Assembly (NCBI GenBank): GCA_026391075.1
Contig: JAPLES010000005.1
Coordinates: 4,533 to 68,532 of the forward strand
DNA from: Bacteroidota bacterium
GTDB taxonomy: Bacteria; Bacteroidota; Bacteroidia; Chitinophagales; LD1
Length of the DNA: 64,000 nt
Direction of reading: 5' to 3'
The position numbers and the translations under genes were made by a program. Positions 1-10,056 of the stretch are shown here, piece after piece. How positions within the stretch are numbered: the stretch's first letter is position 1; every line of letters starts with the position of its first letter. The notes under the pieces were generated by a model. It did no database searches, was not told the origin of the DNA, and worked only from the letters and a program-made list of their open reading frames with translations.

Positions 1-3000
1 TAAAGATACGGTTCCTTTCTTCTCTTTCACCTTTCCGTTCAAATAAACTCCCTCTAAATAGTAAGTGTAAACTCCCGGATTCTGAATCACTCCTTTATAA
101 GTTCCATCCCAACCTAACCACTGATTTTGCGAATCAAAAACCTTTTCTCCCCAGCGGTTAAAGATTTTCAAATTTGCTTTTGCCAATCCCGAACCATACA
201 CAGTAAAGACGTCATTGTTGCCGTCTCCGTTGGGTGAAAATGCATTCGGCACAAAAATATCATCACCATTCCCTACATAGACGGTAACTGTTTGCGAAAC
301 GCTGCAATCATGCAAATAATTTACGACTAAATTATAAAGTGTATGTGTGTAAGGCGAAGCCACCACCGAAGAAGACTCACCACAATTCAATCCTGTGATA
401 GGCGACCACGAATAAAAATTGATATCGGCAGCGTTGTAACCACTCACATTCGAAACTAGTGTGATAGACTTTCCTAAGTCAATCACACTATCCTGCGGCA
501 AAATAGTTAACGTTGGTTTCACCGGCTCATAAACAAACACAATGGTATCTTTCATACAACCTTGTCCGTCCTTAATATAGAGATGGTAAGTTCCTGCACT
601 TAAATTTTCAAACAACTCACCCGACTGAAAATTAATTCCATCGGTTGAATAAGTATAAGCCACAGGAATTCCCGGTGTGCCGCCCGTTCCTTCAACGTGA
701 ATTGAAGCATCTGAATATTGCGGGCACGAAGCAGAATCAATCTTAAGTAGTGCAATATCAATCAGCGGTGGTGCTGTGAAACTTGTATTGAGAATCGTAT
801 CGCAACCATTGTTATCAGCAACAGTTACAGTATAAACTCCAGGAGCCAAATTGCTGATGATTGGTGTAATAGCACTATTGTTCCAAACAAATCCTATTGG
901 CGGAGTTCCGCCATTTACACTTGCTTCTACAGAACCATCCTTTGCATTCGCACAACTTATTTCATGCTTATTAATTAACTGTGCATTGAGCGAAGGAGGA
1001 TTAGTAAGCGTAACACTTCCTTGTGCCGCGCAAAGATTTACATCCTGCACCACTACATCGTATAATCCTGCAACAAGATTTGTTATCGTGCTGTTATCAT
1101 TCGCTCCCGGTATAACTGACCAATCATAAACATAGCCAGGTGTTCCACCGTTAGCAATAACCGTTGCAGTTCCTGTGGCATCGCCTGTGCAAAGCGGGTC
1201 GGTGTGCGTGAAAGAAATAGTTACTGCTGTTGGTTCAGAAATAGTTGCGGTAGTTGTTGCGGTGCAATTTTTTGAATCGGTTACAGTCACCAAATAATTT
1301 CCGGCAACAACACCATTCAAATCTTCGGTAGTAGCTAAGTTGCTCCATGCATACGTATAAGTTACAGTTCCTCCTGCCGCAGTAACATCAATAGCTCCGT
1401 TCGTTCCTCCATTGCAAATTTCATTCGTTACAGAAGTTACACTCACCGTCAATTGACTTGGTTCTGTTATAACAAACGAAGTAGTTGCGGTGCAGGCATT
1501 CAAATCTGTAACGGTTACCGACTGATTATTTGCAGCAAATCCCGAAGCAGGATTTGTAGTAGCTGCAATATTACTCCAGGCATAAGTATAACCCGGAGTT
1601 CCTCCGTTCACAGTCGCTGTTGCACTTCCGTCATTTCCACCAAAACACGAAACGTTTGTAGAAGCAGAAATCGAGACAGTAAGTAATGGCGGCTCAATAG
1701 CTGTCCACGAAGATTGTGCGGTGCAGCTGTTTGCATCTGTTGCGGTAACGGTATAAGTTCCAGGCCCGAGATTCGTGTTTGGATTTACAGCACCACCAAT
1801 ATTCCAATTATAAGCAAACGCTCCTGTGCCGCCACTCGCTGTTGCAAGAACACTTCCATTGTTCGCGCCAAAGCAAGTGATATTAAATGTGTCAAGCACA
1901 ATCGAAATTTGTGTTGGCTCAGTAATGTTTATGTTTCCCGAAACAGTTACACCTGCGCTATCAGTTGCTGTTACTATATAAACTCCAGCGCAAAGATTGC
2001 TCACCACATTTCCGTTAGTTCCTTCGCTCCACACAAAAGAGTATGGAGAAATTCCACCTGTTGCAGAAACAGTTGATGTGCCGTTGCAATAACCAAAGCA
2101 AAGATTACTAACGGTAACAAAAGTCAACTGAATTGGTGGCGGGTCGGTAACAACAGCGGTGTCAAAAAGGCAACATCCATTTGCATCGCACACGGTTACA
2201 TAATAAGTTCCGGCAAAAAGATTTTGAATAGTATCGTTTGTTGAACCTGTGCTCCAGCTATAAGTATAGTTGGGCGTTCCTCCATTGGCAATTACAAAAG
2301 CCCATCCTTCATTTCCTCCGTTCGTAATTGCATTGAATGAAAGTGTATTGATAACCAAACTGCTCGGCTGTGTAACACTTGCCGAACTTGTCGTTGTACA
2401 TCCCCGCGAATCAGTAACGGTCACTAAATAATTTCCAACACCAAGTCCGCTTATGGTAGCAGCATTTGGCTCTGAAGGACTCCATAAGTAAGAATAATTT
2501 GGAGCACCTCCGATAGGAGTAACAGTAATCATTCCGTTGTTAGAGCCGTTGCAGGTAATGTTTTGCGCCACCGAAATTGCAGTTAATTGAGATGGCACAC
2601 TCAACGTTGCAGCTGCAGTTCCCGAGCATCCTTGTGAATCGCTAATGCTTACCGTATAAGTTCCAGCTCCAAGATTTTGTATGGAATCAATAACAGGTCC
2701 ATTACTCCACGCATAATTAATTGGCGGAGTTCCGCCACCTGCTATGGCTACAATTTTCCCATCGCTTTGCCCGAAGCACGAAATCGAATCTATAATCAAA
2801 TTGATAGGAAGATTATTTCCGATAACCACATGCACGGTATCGTGAATCACACATGAACCTCCTGTAAGTGTCGCGAGATAATCGGTAGAAACATTTGGTG
2901 TAACAGAAAGCGTTGCGGAATTTCCTACAACTGAATTATTCGATAGATCGCGCCACTCATACACAAAATTATTTCCTGGTAGCGGGCTGCCCGTAGTGGT

Positions 3001-5682
3001 AGTGGTAAGCAGTAAATTAGGTGGCGTGCAGAAAAAAGTATCGTCAGGAAAAGCGTGAAATTGTACCGATGTATCTACATCTACATAAACAAAATCTTGG
3101 GTGTGGCATCCGTTGGCTGCGGTAACATCAACATGATAAATAACAGGCGTTTCAGGATGCGAAACGGGATTGTGAATAGTGGAAGGCACTGCTGCATTTA
3201 CACCAGAATTCGGGGTCCATGAAATTGGAAGGTTGTCAATATCAGTAACGCAAACAGTGAAAATTGTGTTGGGCCTTTTAGTAGAAGTAAGAGGAGTTCC
3301 AGTAACACCACACTGAGAAGTTGAACCTGCTGAATAGTAAACGGAATTAAAAGCAGTAGGAGTTACCCGCATTCGATTATTAAGAATTGGAGCACCTGCA
3401 GGATTTGTAAAACAGATATCAATGACCAAATTCGAAGTACCATCCCAGTCGTAAGGAAAATCAAGTTTATGAGTAATCCATCCATCAACAGTTCCAAGCA
3501 TTAATTTTTTCGGAGTAAATACGGTGACCAAATTTGGTTGCCATAAAAGTGGCGGACTTGCATTAGGTTCTACCGGCAACGAAGTGGCTTGCGTACATGA
3601 CATTTTAATTTCAAAATTCATTAAAGAGTCAATATTATTATTGGTGTGCACCATGTAAAAGGAAATACTATCAATGGCTCCGCCCGAGCCGATTTGCGCA
3701 ATCAATTCACTTTGCAAATACAAAAATTGATGTCGCGCACTGTTTTGGTAATGACCATAAATGGTTGGATATTGGGTGGGTGAATTGCTACTGAGCGTGG
3801 TACCCGTTCCAATTTGGCCTTGTACCACGTGACCTACGCATGGAGTATTACTAATGCCGCAACTTTGCGGATTTGCCACCACATTCAGATTTACTAAATC
3901 ACCGGGACACACAACTAATGGCTGTGCTTTCGCAACAATGTTTGGCCCCGCACCTGAAATATTTACTGTAAGCGAATCAGGATTTGTGCAACCATTATTG
4001 CCGGTGATATAACATTTGTATTGCGTGCTTCCGAGTGGACTTGCCACGGGGTTTGGAATAGTATCATTCGGCAAACCTGAAACAGGATCAAACAATCCTG
4101 CTGACGGCACCCACTGAAAAGTATATGGGGCATAAAGATTATCGGTAGTTGCATTTAAATTTACCTGACCGTTCAAACAAACAGTGCCCCCTGGTCCTGC
4201 ATCATAAACAAACGGTGGCGCAGCATTTACAAATACCGAATCGGTTCCGCAATCAGAAGTAAAATAATACATGGTTGGATTAACCGGAGAAACTGAAGGT
4301 GTGTAGCTCAAAGGATTTGAAACTGCATTAGGACCTACTGACGGTGTCCATGTAAAATTGGTTCCACCTGTTGCTGTCAATTGCACTGGCGTTCCGCAAA
4401 AAGTAAGACTTGCCGAAAGCACTTGCACTTTAGTAAACACACAAATGGAATAGGCACGAGTATATCTTCCGTTAATTGGGCAGTCGTTATTTTCTGCCGT
4501 TAAAATAAAATCGTGACAGCCGGTATCGCCCGGCAGAGGAGTCCAGGTAATGTGTGCGGTTACACTATCGCCCGTGCCTATCTGGGTCATTAGTGCTCCA
4601 GGTATAGCCGATGGAATACTATTGATATTACTGGTGAGCGTGAGGCTATGATTTGCGGGGTCATTACATTGTATATCAAAAGTAAGTGGTGTACCCGGGC
4701 AAACAATCACGTTCACCTGGCTCGCTTGAAAACCATTGGTAACATTTGAAATGCTATCGGCAAAAGGAATAGAAATAGTGCAAGGTAAAACAGCAACCTG
4801 CATATCGCGAATAGTAGTGCCTACCAAAACACCATTGCGGTATTCATTCACTTGTATGGCGAATACATCTACCTCCTGACTGGGGCAGGTATAACTTATT
4901 TGCCCATTGGACGAATCAAATTGAAAACTGTTTGGAGGTGTGGTGCTCATGGGTTGATTGGCCGACCAAATTCCGGTAAAAGCAAGCGGACTGTATCCCG
5001 CATTTAAAGGATTAATAAGCGTATAGGAAAGTGAATCTCCATCTATATCTGCTGCACCATTGTTATAGGTTATTAAAGAGTTCAGGCAAACAAAGGGTAC
5101 AGGCAAAGTAGAAAACGCAACAGAGCTATTGCAATAGGGCAATCCGGTAATTGGGTCATTGGTATTATTAATTAAGGATTGAATTCCAAAACCAAGACCC
5201 CCCCCACCTGCGTTTGCAAGATTAGTGATAGCTGCGTTTCTGCAACAAGTATTTGTTCTCAAGTACCAGCTGTTGCAAGCATAGGGTAGAGAGATAGTTC
5301 CTTCATACGTGTACATTTGAACACCTGGATAGGTAGGTGGAGAAGCTGCTGGATTGCCAGGACAATTGGCAGGATTTGCGCAACAGCTTTGACCAATTTG
5401 CGATGGACATAACTCCGAAACTTCAGTAGGTCCAGCTATTAAATCAACATTGAAATTAGTAACCGAAAAACCCGCACAACCATCATAAAGTTCTACGCTG
5501 AAAGAATTGCCCGGGTCAATACCATAGCAATCGCGATAAATTTTTAGAGTTACAGTGTAGTTGTTATTTCCGGTGCATACATACGAAAGGTCTGACCCCA
5601 TTACATGCGATGCGCGACTTGCTATGGGATTCAACAACCAAACTAAAAGTGCAAGGGAAATTATTTTGTAGAAATGCTTCAA
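1..5682 (-). CDS. Giant secreted adhesin-like protein with a Cys-rich N-terminal region, at least 10 tandem SprB-type repeats and a T9SS type B (gliding-motility-associated, CHU_C-like) C-terminal sorting domain. The 3' end runs off the window, so the last few codons are missing.
   Basis: Absent from the ORF track because no stop falls in the window. My own minus-strand translation (codon first bases at coordinates divisible by 3) is open for 1894 codons. If a stop interrupted it, the track would list a fragment, and it does not. An in-frame TGA lies at 5784-5782, and the first start-type codon after it is TTG at 5682. The N-terminus (M)KHFYKIISLALLVWLLNPIASRASHV looks like a signal peptide and is followed by MGSDLSYVCTGNNNYTVTLKIYRDCYG. 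The C-terminus reads FVPNAFSPNGDGNNDVFTVYG..KIFNRWGEKVF..GWDGTYKG..GVYTYYLEG..KGTVSL, which matches the type B sorting domain pattern. Confidence 0.85.
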   Translation of the reverse strand, partial: MKHFYKIISLALLVWLLNPIASRASHVMGSDLSYVCTGNNNYTVTLKIYRDCYGIDPGNSFSVELYDGCAGFSVTNFNVDLIAGPTEVSELCPSQIGQSCCANPANCPGNPAASPPTYPGVQMYTYEGTISLPYACNSWYLRTNTCCRNAAITNLANAGGGGLGFGIQSLINNTNDPITGLPYCNSSVAFSTLPVPFVCLNSLITYNNGAADIDGDSLSYTLINPLNAGYSPLAFTGIWSANQPMSTTPPNSFQFDSSNGQISYTCPSQEVDVFAIQVNEYRNGVLVGTTIRDMQVAVLPCTISIPFADSISNVTNGFQASQVNVIVCPGTPLTFDIQCNDPANHSLTLTSNINSIPSAIPGALMTQIGTGDSVTAHITWTPLPGDTGCHDFILTAENNDCPINGRYTRAYSICVFTKVQVLSASLTFCGTPVQLTATGGTNFTWTPSVGPNAVSNPLSYTPSVSPVNPTMYYFTSDCGTDSVFVNAAPPFVYDAGPGGTVCLNGQVNLNATTDNLYAPYTFQWVPSAGLFDPVSGLPNDTIPNPVASPLGSTQYKCYITGNNGCTNPDSLTVNISGAGPNIVAKAQPLVVCPGDLVNLNVVANPQSCGISNTPCVGHVVQGQIGTGTTLSSNSPTQYPTIYGHYQNSARHQFLYLQSELIAQIGSGGAIDSISFYMVHTNNNIDSLMNFEIKMSCTQATSLPVEPNASPPLLWQPNLVTVFTPKKLMLGTVDGWITHKLDFPYDWDGTSNLVIDICFTNPAGAPILNNRMRVTPTAFNSVYYSAGSTSQCGVTGTPLTSTKRPNTIFTVCVTDIDNLPISWTPNSGVNAAVPSTIHNPVSHPETPVIYHVDVTAANGCHTQDFVYVDVDTSVQFHAFPDDTFFCTPPNLLLTTTTTGSPLPGNNFVYEWRDLSNNSVVGNSATLSVTPNVSTDYLATLTGGSCVIHDTVHVVIGNNLPINLIIDSISCFGQSDGKIVAIAGGGTPPINYAWSNGPVIDSIQNLGAGTYTVSISDSQGCSGTAAATLSVPSQLTAISVAQNITCNGSNNGMITVTPIGGAPNYSYLWSPSEPNAATISGLGVGNYLVTVTDSRGCTTTSSASVTQPSSLVINTLSFNAITNGGNEGWAFVIANGGTPNYTYSWSTGSTNDTIQNLFAGTYYVTVCDANGCCLFDTAVVTDPPPIQLTFVTVSNLCFGYCNGTSTVSATGGISPYSFVWSEGTNGNVVSNLCAGVYIVTATDSAGVTVSGNINITEPTQISIVLDTFNITCFGANNGSVLATASGGTGAFAYNWNIGGAVNPNTNLGPGTYTVTATDANSCTAQSSWTAIEPPLLTVSISASTNVSCFGGNDGSATATVNGGTPGYTYAWSNIAATTNPASGFAANNQSVTVTDLNACTATTSFVITEPSQLTVSVTSVTNEICNGGTNGAIDVTAAGGTVTYTYAWSNLATTEDLNGVVAGNYLVTVTDSKNCTATTTATISEPTAVTISFTHTDPLCTGDATGTATVIANGGTPGYVYDWSVIPGANDNSTITNLVAGLYDVVVQDVNLCAAQGSVTLTNPPSLNAQLINKHEISCANAKDGSVEASVNGGTPPIGFVWNNSAITPIISNLAPGVYTVTVADNNGCDTILNTSFTAPPLIDIALLKIDSASCPQYSDASIHVEGTGGTPGIPVAYTYSTDGINFQSGELFENLSAGTYHLYIKDGQGCMKDTIVFVYEPVKPTLTILPQDSVIDLGKSITLVSNVSGYNAADINFYSWSPITGLNCGESSSVVASPYTHTLYNLVVNYLHDCSVSQTVTVYVGNGDDIFVPNAFSPNGDGNNDVFTVYGSGLAKANLKIFNRWGEKVFDSQNQWLGWDGTYKGVIQNPGVYTYYLEGVYLNGKVKEKKGTVSL
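545..2830 (-). repeat. Tandem array of about 10 SprB-type repeat units of roughly 76-80 aa (about 230 nt) inside the adhesin gene
   Basis: Each translated unit carries C-x-G-x2-[DN]-G...GG-[TA]-P-x-Y-x-[YF]-x-W...G-x-Y-x-V-x-V-x-D. Examples: NVSCFGGNDGSATATVNGGTPGYTYAWSN..QSVTVTDLNAC, NITCNGSNNGMITVTPIGGAPNYSYLWSP..YLVTVTDSRGC, SISCFGQSDGKIVAIAGGGTPPINYAWSN..YTVSISDSQGC. The units have diverged at the DNA level. Confidence 0.8.
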
Positions 5683-5815
5683 AATCTTGTGACTTTCGTT
5701 ATTCGTTTTTAAAGATGCGAAAGATAGAAATATGGTTGTAACTGCGGCAAAGAAAATTTGTAGCTTATTAAAACCCGTTTCTCAGGTTTTTGCAAAAAAG
5801 TTGAAGCAGCAAAAA

Positions 5816-6586
5816 CTATTTCGATTCTCGCGCCTTTTTGTATTTAAAATAGGTATACCGCATAGCGTAATTTGCCAGCACTAATCCGGTAGAGCCGTCT
5901 TTATATCCGCCTTTTATAATGAACCATTTGAACCAAGCAGCTAAAGGGCTCAAGAGAAGTTTGCCGATATGAAGCGGACGTTTTTGTTCGAGCAAATCTT
6001 CTGAAGCAATAGAAGAATATTGCTTCAGTTTTTCTTCCAACACTCTTCGTGTTTCGAAAGTGAAATGAAAAAGCGGAGACTCAATTTGCCCAATTGTTTT
6101 GTAACCATGCGGAGTTTCGTGAGCGCGGGTGCTGCGTTCATCAAACACCACTATTTTTTTATTGAACAGCCGAATTGGATAATCAGGACTGACAATAGGA
6201 TAAACTGTATGAACTTCTTTACCAAGTACATTCCATTTCCGTTTTATGGAATAAGCATCGTGTATAAAGCCGTTTATTTTTAGTTGTTGAATTTCCTGAA
6301 TTAATTCAGGCGAAGGAATTTCATCGCTATCAAAAGACAATACCCAATCGTGTTTGCATTTTGAAATAGCAAACTGCCGCTGTGCGCGAAAGTTATTGAG
6401 GGTGCGAAAAAAAATGCGGCATTTGAATTCAGCAGCAATTTGAAACGTGTCGTCAAAACTGCCGCTGTCAATAATTACAATTTCATCGGCAATGGGTTTG
6501 CTTGCTTCCAAAATCTGGCGCAAATACTTTTGGCTATCGCGGGTGAGGATGTAGAGGGAGAGGGAGGTCATGGGGCGAATATGCAA
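5816..6586 (-). CDS. Glycosyltransferase family 2 (GT-A fold)
   Basis: The 256-aa ORF has LYILTRDSQKYL..IVIIDSGSFDDT (nucleotide-sugar binding, DxD-like) and the acidic motif SFDSDE. The start could instead be the second Met at 6571. Confidence 0.75.
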   Translation of the reverse strand: MHIRPMTSLSLYILTRDSQKYLRQILEASKPIADEIVIIDSGSFDDTFQIAAEFKCRIFFRTLNNFRAQRQFAISKCKHDWVLSFDSDEIPSPELIQEIQQLKINGFIHDAYSIKRKWNVLGKEVHTVYPIVSPDYPIRLFNKKIVVFDERSTRAHETPHGYKTIGQIESPLFHFTFETRRVLEEKLKQYSSIASEDLLEQKRPLHIGKLLLSPLAAWFKWFIIKGGYKDGSTGLVLANYAMRYTYFKYKKARESK

Positions 6587-6590
6587 AGAA

Positions 6591-7586
6591 TCAAATCTTC
6601 ATCATCTCTCCCACTTCCAACAACCGCAGGTCACCATTTATTTTTTTCTCAGCTTCCAGTTGTTTTAAAACGCGGTAGGGTTCGCCCATAGGCTCATCAG
6701 CTAAATCGAAAGTGCCGTAGTGCATGGGTATTAGAGTCTTGGCTTTTAAATCGTGAAACACCTGCACCGCCTCGTGCGGATTGGTGTGCACATCCTGCAT
6801 CATAAACGAAGGCTCATAAGCCCCCGCGCCAATCATTGCCACATCAATGTTTGGAAAGAGCGAAGCAATTTGTTTCGGGTAATTGCAATAACCCGAGTCG
6901 CCACCAAAGAAAATATTTGTGCCATCGGCTTCAATCATAAAACTTCCGTAGAGCGTTTCGTTCAAATCCCACAGGTAACGATTGCTCCAGTGTTGAGTTG
7001 GCAAAAAAGTCATTTGCAAATTTTTGTGTGGCAAATTGTATTGCTGATACCAGCCCGCTTCAACAAATTTTAAATCGTCAATCCAACCCGAAACCAATTT
7101 GCCCGTGTTAAGCGAAGTAAGCAAGGTGAAATTATTTTGCGCTGCGAGTCTCTTCAATGTTGAAGCATCGCAATGGTCGCGGTGCGCATGCGAAAGCAAA
7201 ACGTAATCTATATTGGTAAAATCAGAAATAGCACAAGGCAGTTCGCAGTAACGCGCCACAACGCCTGAGATTCTTCCAAACACAGGATCAGTTAAAAAAC
7301 GAATGCCGTTGAGTTGAATGAAAAAACTGGCGTGACCGAGCCATACAATACAATCCTCTTTCTGCTTCAAAAAAGAATTTCCTTTTTGAACCGCAAGCCG
7401 CCATTTGTCATTTTTCTTTTCTTCCGCCTTTTCACTTTTAGAAGTTTTCCACTTTAATGCCTTGCTGAATTTGCCTTCAAATTTTTTATTGGGGTCAATG
7501 AACCTTCCGTTAATAACAGGGTTGCCCTTCCATTCGGGCAGGATAGTTTTGAGTGCAGGATTGTGGTGATAAGTAATTTTTGCCAT
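6591..7586 (-). CDS. MBL-fold metallo-hydrolase (NAPE-PLD-like/beta-lactamase-fold family)
   Basis: HxHxDH metal motif LLSHAHRDHCD, with downstream His/Asp residues (GGDSGY, PMHYGTF). I moved the start to ATG 7586 (MAKITYHHNP). The extra 15 codons of the long ORF (to 7631) have no support. Confidence 0.7.
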   Translation of the reverse strand: MAKITYHHNPALKTILPEWKGNPVINGRFIDPNKKFEGKFSKALKWKTSKSEKAEEKKNDKWRLAVQKGNSFLKQKEDCIVWLGHASFFIQLNGIRFLTDPVFGRISGVVARYCELPCAISDFTNIDYVLLSHAHRDHCDASTLKRLAAQNNFTLLTSLNTGKLVSGWIDDLKFVEAGWYQQYNLPHKNLQMTFLPTQHWSNRYLWDLNETLYGSFMIEADGTNIFFGGDSGYCNYPKQIASLFPNIDVAMIGAGAYEPSFMMQDVHTNPHEAVQVFHDLKAKTLIPMHYGTFDLADEPMGEPYRVLKQLEAEKKINGDLRLLEVGEMMKI

Positions 7587-7773
7587 GCAGTTATTACGAA
7601 CCAAAGAGAAAAAAATTTTCTTCTGACCCAAGCCTTCCTAATAAACCTAAAATGCACAACGGCTTTAAAACTTGTTCTTAAATTCGCCATCCTTTTTGAA
7701 AAAAGGTTATATATTGAACAGCAAATAAACGACACGCTATAGATTGGAAGTTTTACTTAATTAAATCAGCATT

Positions 7774-9978
7774 ATGGAAATAGCAGAAATGTCACCCGCG
7801 GAAGCGTTACAGGAATTTTTCGGATTCACCAAATTCAAAGGCACTCAGGAAGCCGTTATAAAATCGGTGTTGGCAGGCAAGGATACGTTTGTGATTATGC
7901 CCACGGGCGGAGGTAAGTCGGTATGTTATCAGTTGCCTGCACTCATGAGCGAAGGAGTGGCTATCATAATTTCGCCTCTTATCGCACTCATGAAAAATCA
8001 GGTTGACCTGATTAGAAATTACAGCGACCGCGACAGCATTGCTCACTTTTTGAATTCATCGCTCAACAAAACCGAGCGCAATGTGGTTATTAAGGACATC
8101 AGAGAAGGCAAAACTAAAATGCTTTACGTAGCACCCGAAACCTTAACCAAACAAGACACCGTTGACTTGTTCAAAGAAGTAAAGGTGAGTTTTATTGCTG
8201 TTGACGAAGCGCATTGCATTTCAGAATGGGGACACGATTTTCGTCCGGAGTATAGAAGGATTCGCGAAATTATTACAGCACTCGACCAAAAGTTGCCCAT
8301 CATAGCTTTGACCGCTACTGCCACTCCCAAAGTACAGGGTGATATTGTGAAAACGCTTGAAATGAAAAAGCCTAATATTTTCATTTCATCGTTCAACCGT
8401 CCAAATTTGTTTTACGAAATCCGCCCAAAGAAAACGCCACAACTTGCTATTAAAAACATGGTGCAGTTTATTAAACAACGCCCTGGCAAAAGCGGAATTA
8501 TTTATGTTATCAATCGCAAAACCTGCGATGACCTTTCTGAAGTTCTTCGTGCTAACGGAGTAAAAGCACAACCTTATCACGCGGGCTTGGATGGTAAAGT
8601 GCGCACCCAAACACAGGATGCTTTCCTCATGGAAGAGTTGGATGTAATCGTTGCCACCATCGCCTTCGGAATGGGAATTGACAAGCCGGATATTCGTTTC
8701 GTCATTCACTACGATATTCCTAAGAGTCTGGAGAATTATTATCAGGAAACCGGAAGAGGAGGGCGAGATGGATTATCGGGTGAGTGCGTGGTTTATTTTT
8801 CTTACAAGGATATTCAGAAACTTGAAAAATTGTTGCGCGATAAAACTGTGGCAGAGCGCGACCGCAATATACAACTCATCAACGAAACAGTAGCTTATAT
8901 TGAATCGGCTGAGTGCCGAAGAAAATTTTTATTGCATTATTTCGGTGAAGAGTTTGAGCAAAAAGATTGCAATTGCATGTGCGATAATTGCAAAAACCCG
9001 AAACCTAAAATTGATGTAACTGCTGATACAAAACTTGCCCTTGATGTAATTAAGGCAGTAAAAGAAAATCACGATTTGCCTTATCTGGTAAAATTGCTCA
9101 TTGGTAAAAAAGTAAAGGAAGTAACCGATTTTAAATACGACCGTCAGGCTTGGTTCGGAAAAGGTTCCGATAAAGACGACCATCATTGGAATTCGGTAGT
9201 GCGCAACGGAATGATACTTGGCTTAATTGACAAGGACATTGAAGAATACGGCAAACTGAAAATTACGAAGAAGGGACAGGAGTATATGAAGAAGCCAACT
9301 CCGCTAAAAGTTTCTATCAATCATAATTATGAAGATGACGGAACCGATGTGGTGGTAGAAGAAGCAAGTTCACACCGCGGTGTGCTTGACCCGGCTATGT
9401 TGAACTTGCTTAATAGTTTACGTAAGCAAGTAGGTAAACAAAACAATGTTCCGCCTTATGTAATCTTCCAGGAGTTTTCATTGGAAGAAATGGCCACCAA
9501 GTATCCGATAACTTTAGATGAGCTTTGCAATATACAAGGAGTAAGCCGTGGTAAAGCAGACCGCTATGGAAAGACCTTTGTAGATGCCATTGCCAAGTAT
9601 GTAAAGGACAACGACATTGAACGCCCGACAGACTTTGTGGTGAAAGGTGTAGTGAATAAGAGTTTAGATAAAGTGCGCATCATTCAGGCAATTGATAAGC
9701 GAATTTCTATTGATGAAATTGCGAAGATGCTCGGCATGAAACGCGGACAACTCATTAATGAAATTGAAACTATCGTCAACTCCGGAACCAAGGTGAACAT
9801 TGACTACTATTTGAAAAATATTATTGATGAAGAATTGATTGGTTATATCTATGAGTATTTCCGCGAAGCTAGTACCGATTCGTTGGATGCAGCCTGCGAA
9901 GAATTTAAAAATGATGATGTAGACATTGAAAACATTCACTTGGTGCGAATCAAGTTTATGAGTGAAATGGCGAACTAA
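7774..9978 (+). CDS. recQ: ATP-dependent DNA helicase RecQ
   Basis: Helicase motifs PTGGGKS, VDEAHCISEWGHDFRPEY (DEAH) and LTATAT. A RecQ Zn-finger Cys cluster is present (CRRKFLLHYFGE..CNCMCDNC), as is a C-terminal HRDC-like segment (VPPYVIFQEFSLEEMA). Length 734 aa. Confidence 0.93.
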   Translation: MEIAEMSPAEALQEFFGFTKFKGTQEAVIKSVLAGKDTFVIMPTGGGKSVCYQLPALMSEGVAIIISPLIALMKNQVDLIRNYSDRDSIAHFLNSSLNKTERNVVIKDIREGKTKMLYVAPETLTKQDTVDLFKEVKVSFIAVDEAHCISEWGHDFRPEYRRIREIITALDQKLPIIALTATATPKVQGDIVKTLEMKKPNIFISSFNRPNLFYEIRPKKTPQLAIKNMVQFIKQRPGKSGIIYVINRKTCDDLSEVLRANGVKAQPYHAGLDGKVRTQTQDAFLMEELDVIVATIAFGMGIDKPDIRFVIHYDIPKSLENYYQETGRGGRDGLSGECVVYFSYKDIQKLEKLLRDKTVAERDRNIQLINETVAYIESAECRRKFLLHYFGEEFEQKDCNCMCDNCKNPKPKIDVTADTKLALDVIKAVKENHDLPYLVKLLIGKKVKEVTDFKYDRQAWFGKGSDKDDHHWNSVVRNGMILGLIDKDIEEYGKLKITKKGQEYMKKPTPLKVSINHNYEDDGTDVVVEEASSHRGVLDPAMLNLLNSLRKQVGKQNNVPPYVIFQEFSLEEMATKYPITLDELCNIQGVSRGKADRYGKTFVDAIAKYVKDNDIERPTDFVVKGVVNKSLDKVRIIQAIDKRISIDEIAKMLGMKRGQLINEIETIVNSGTKVNIDYYLKNIIDEELIGYIYEYFREASTDSLDAACEEFKNDDVDIENIHLVRIKFMSEMAN

Positions 9979-10056
9979 AACAATTCGAGAATTTGGAAAT
10001 GTGATAATAAAATACAAAACCCAATAACCCGCAACCGGAAACCCGTAACGATTACG

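Noticed and set aside
851-2076. Three + strand ORFs (92, 77 and 120 aa) rich in Cys, Ser and Thr
   Set aside because: They lie antisense to the continuous 1894-codon minus-strand adhesin frame, whose translation shows clear SprB-type repeats. Their composition is what the reverse complement of Gly/Thr/Ala-rich repeat codons would produce.
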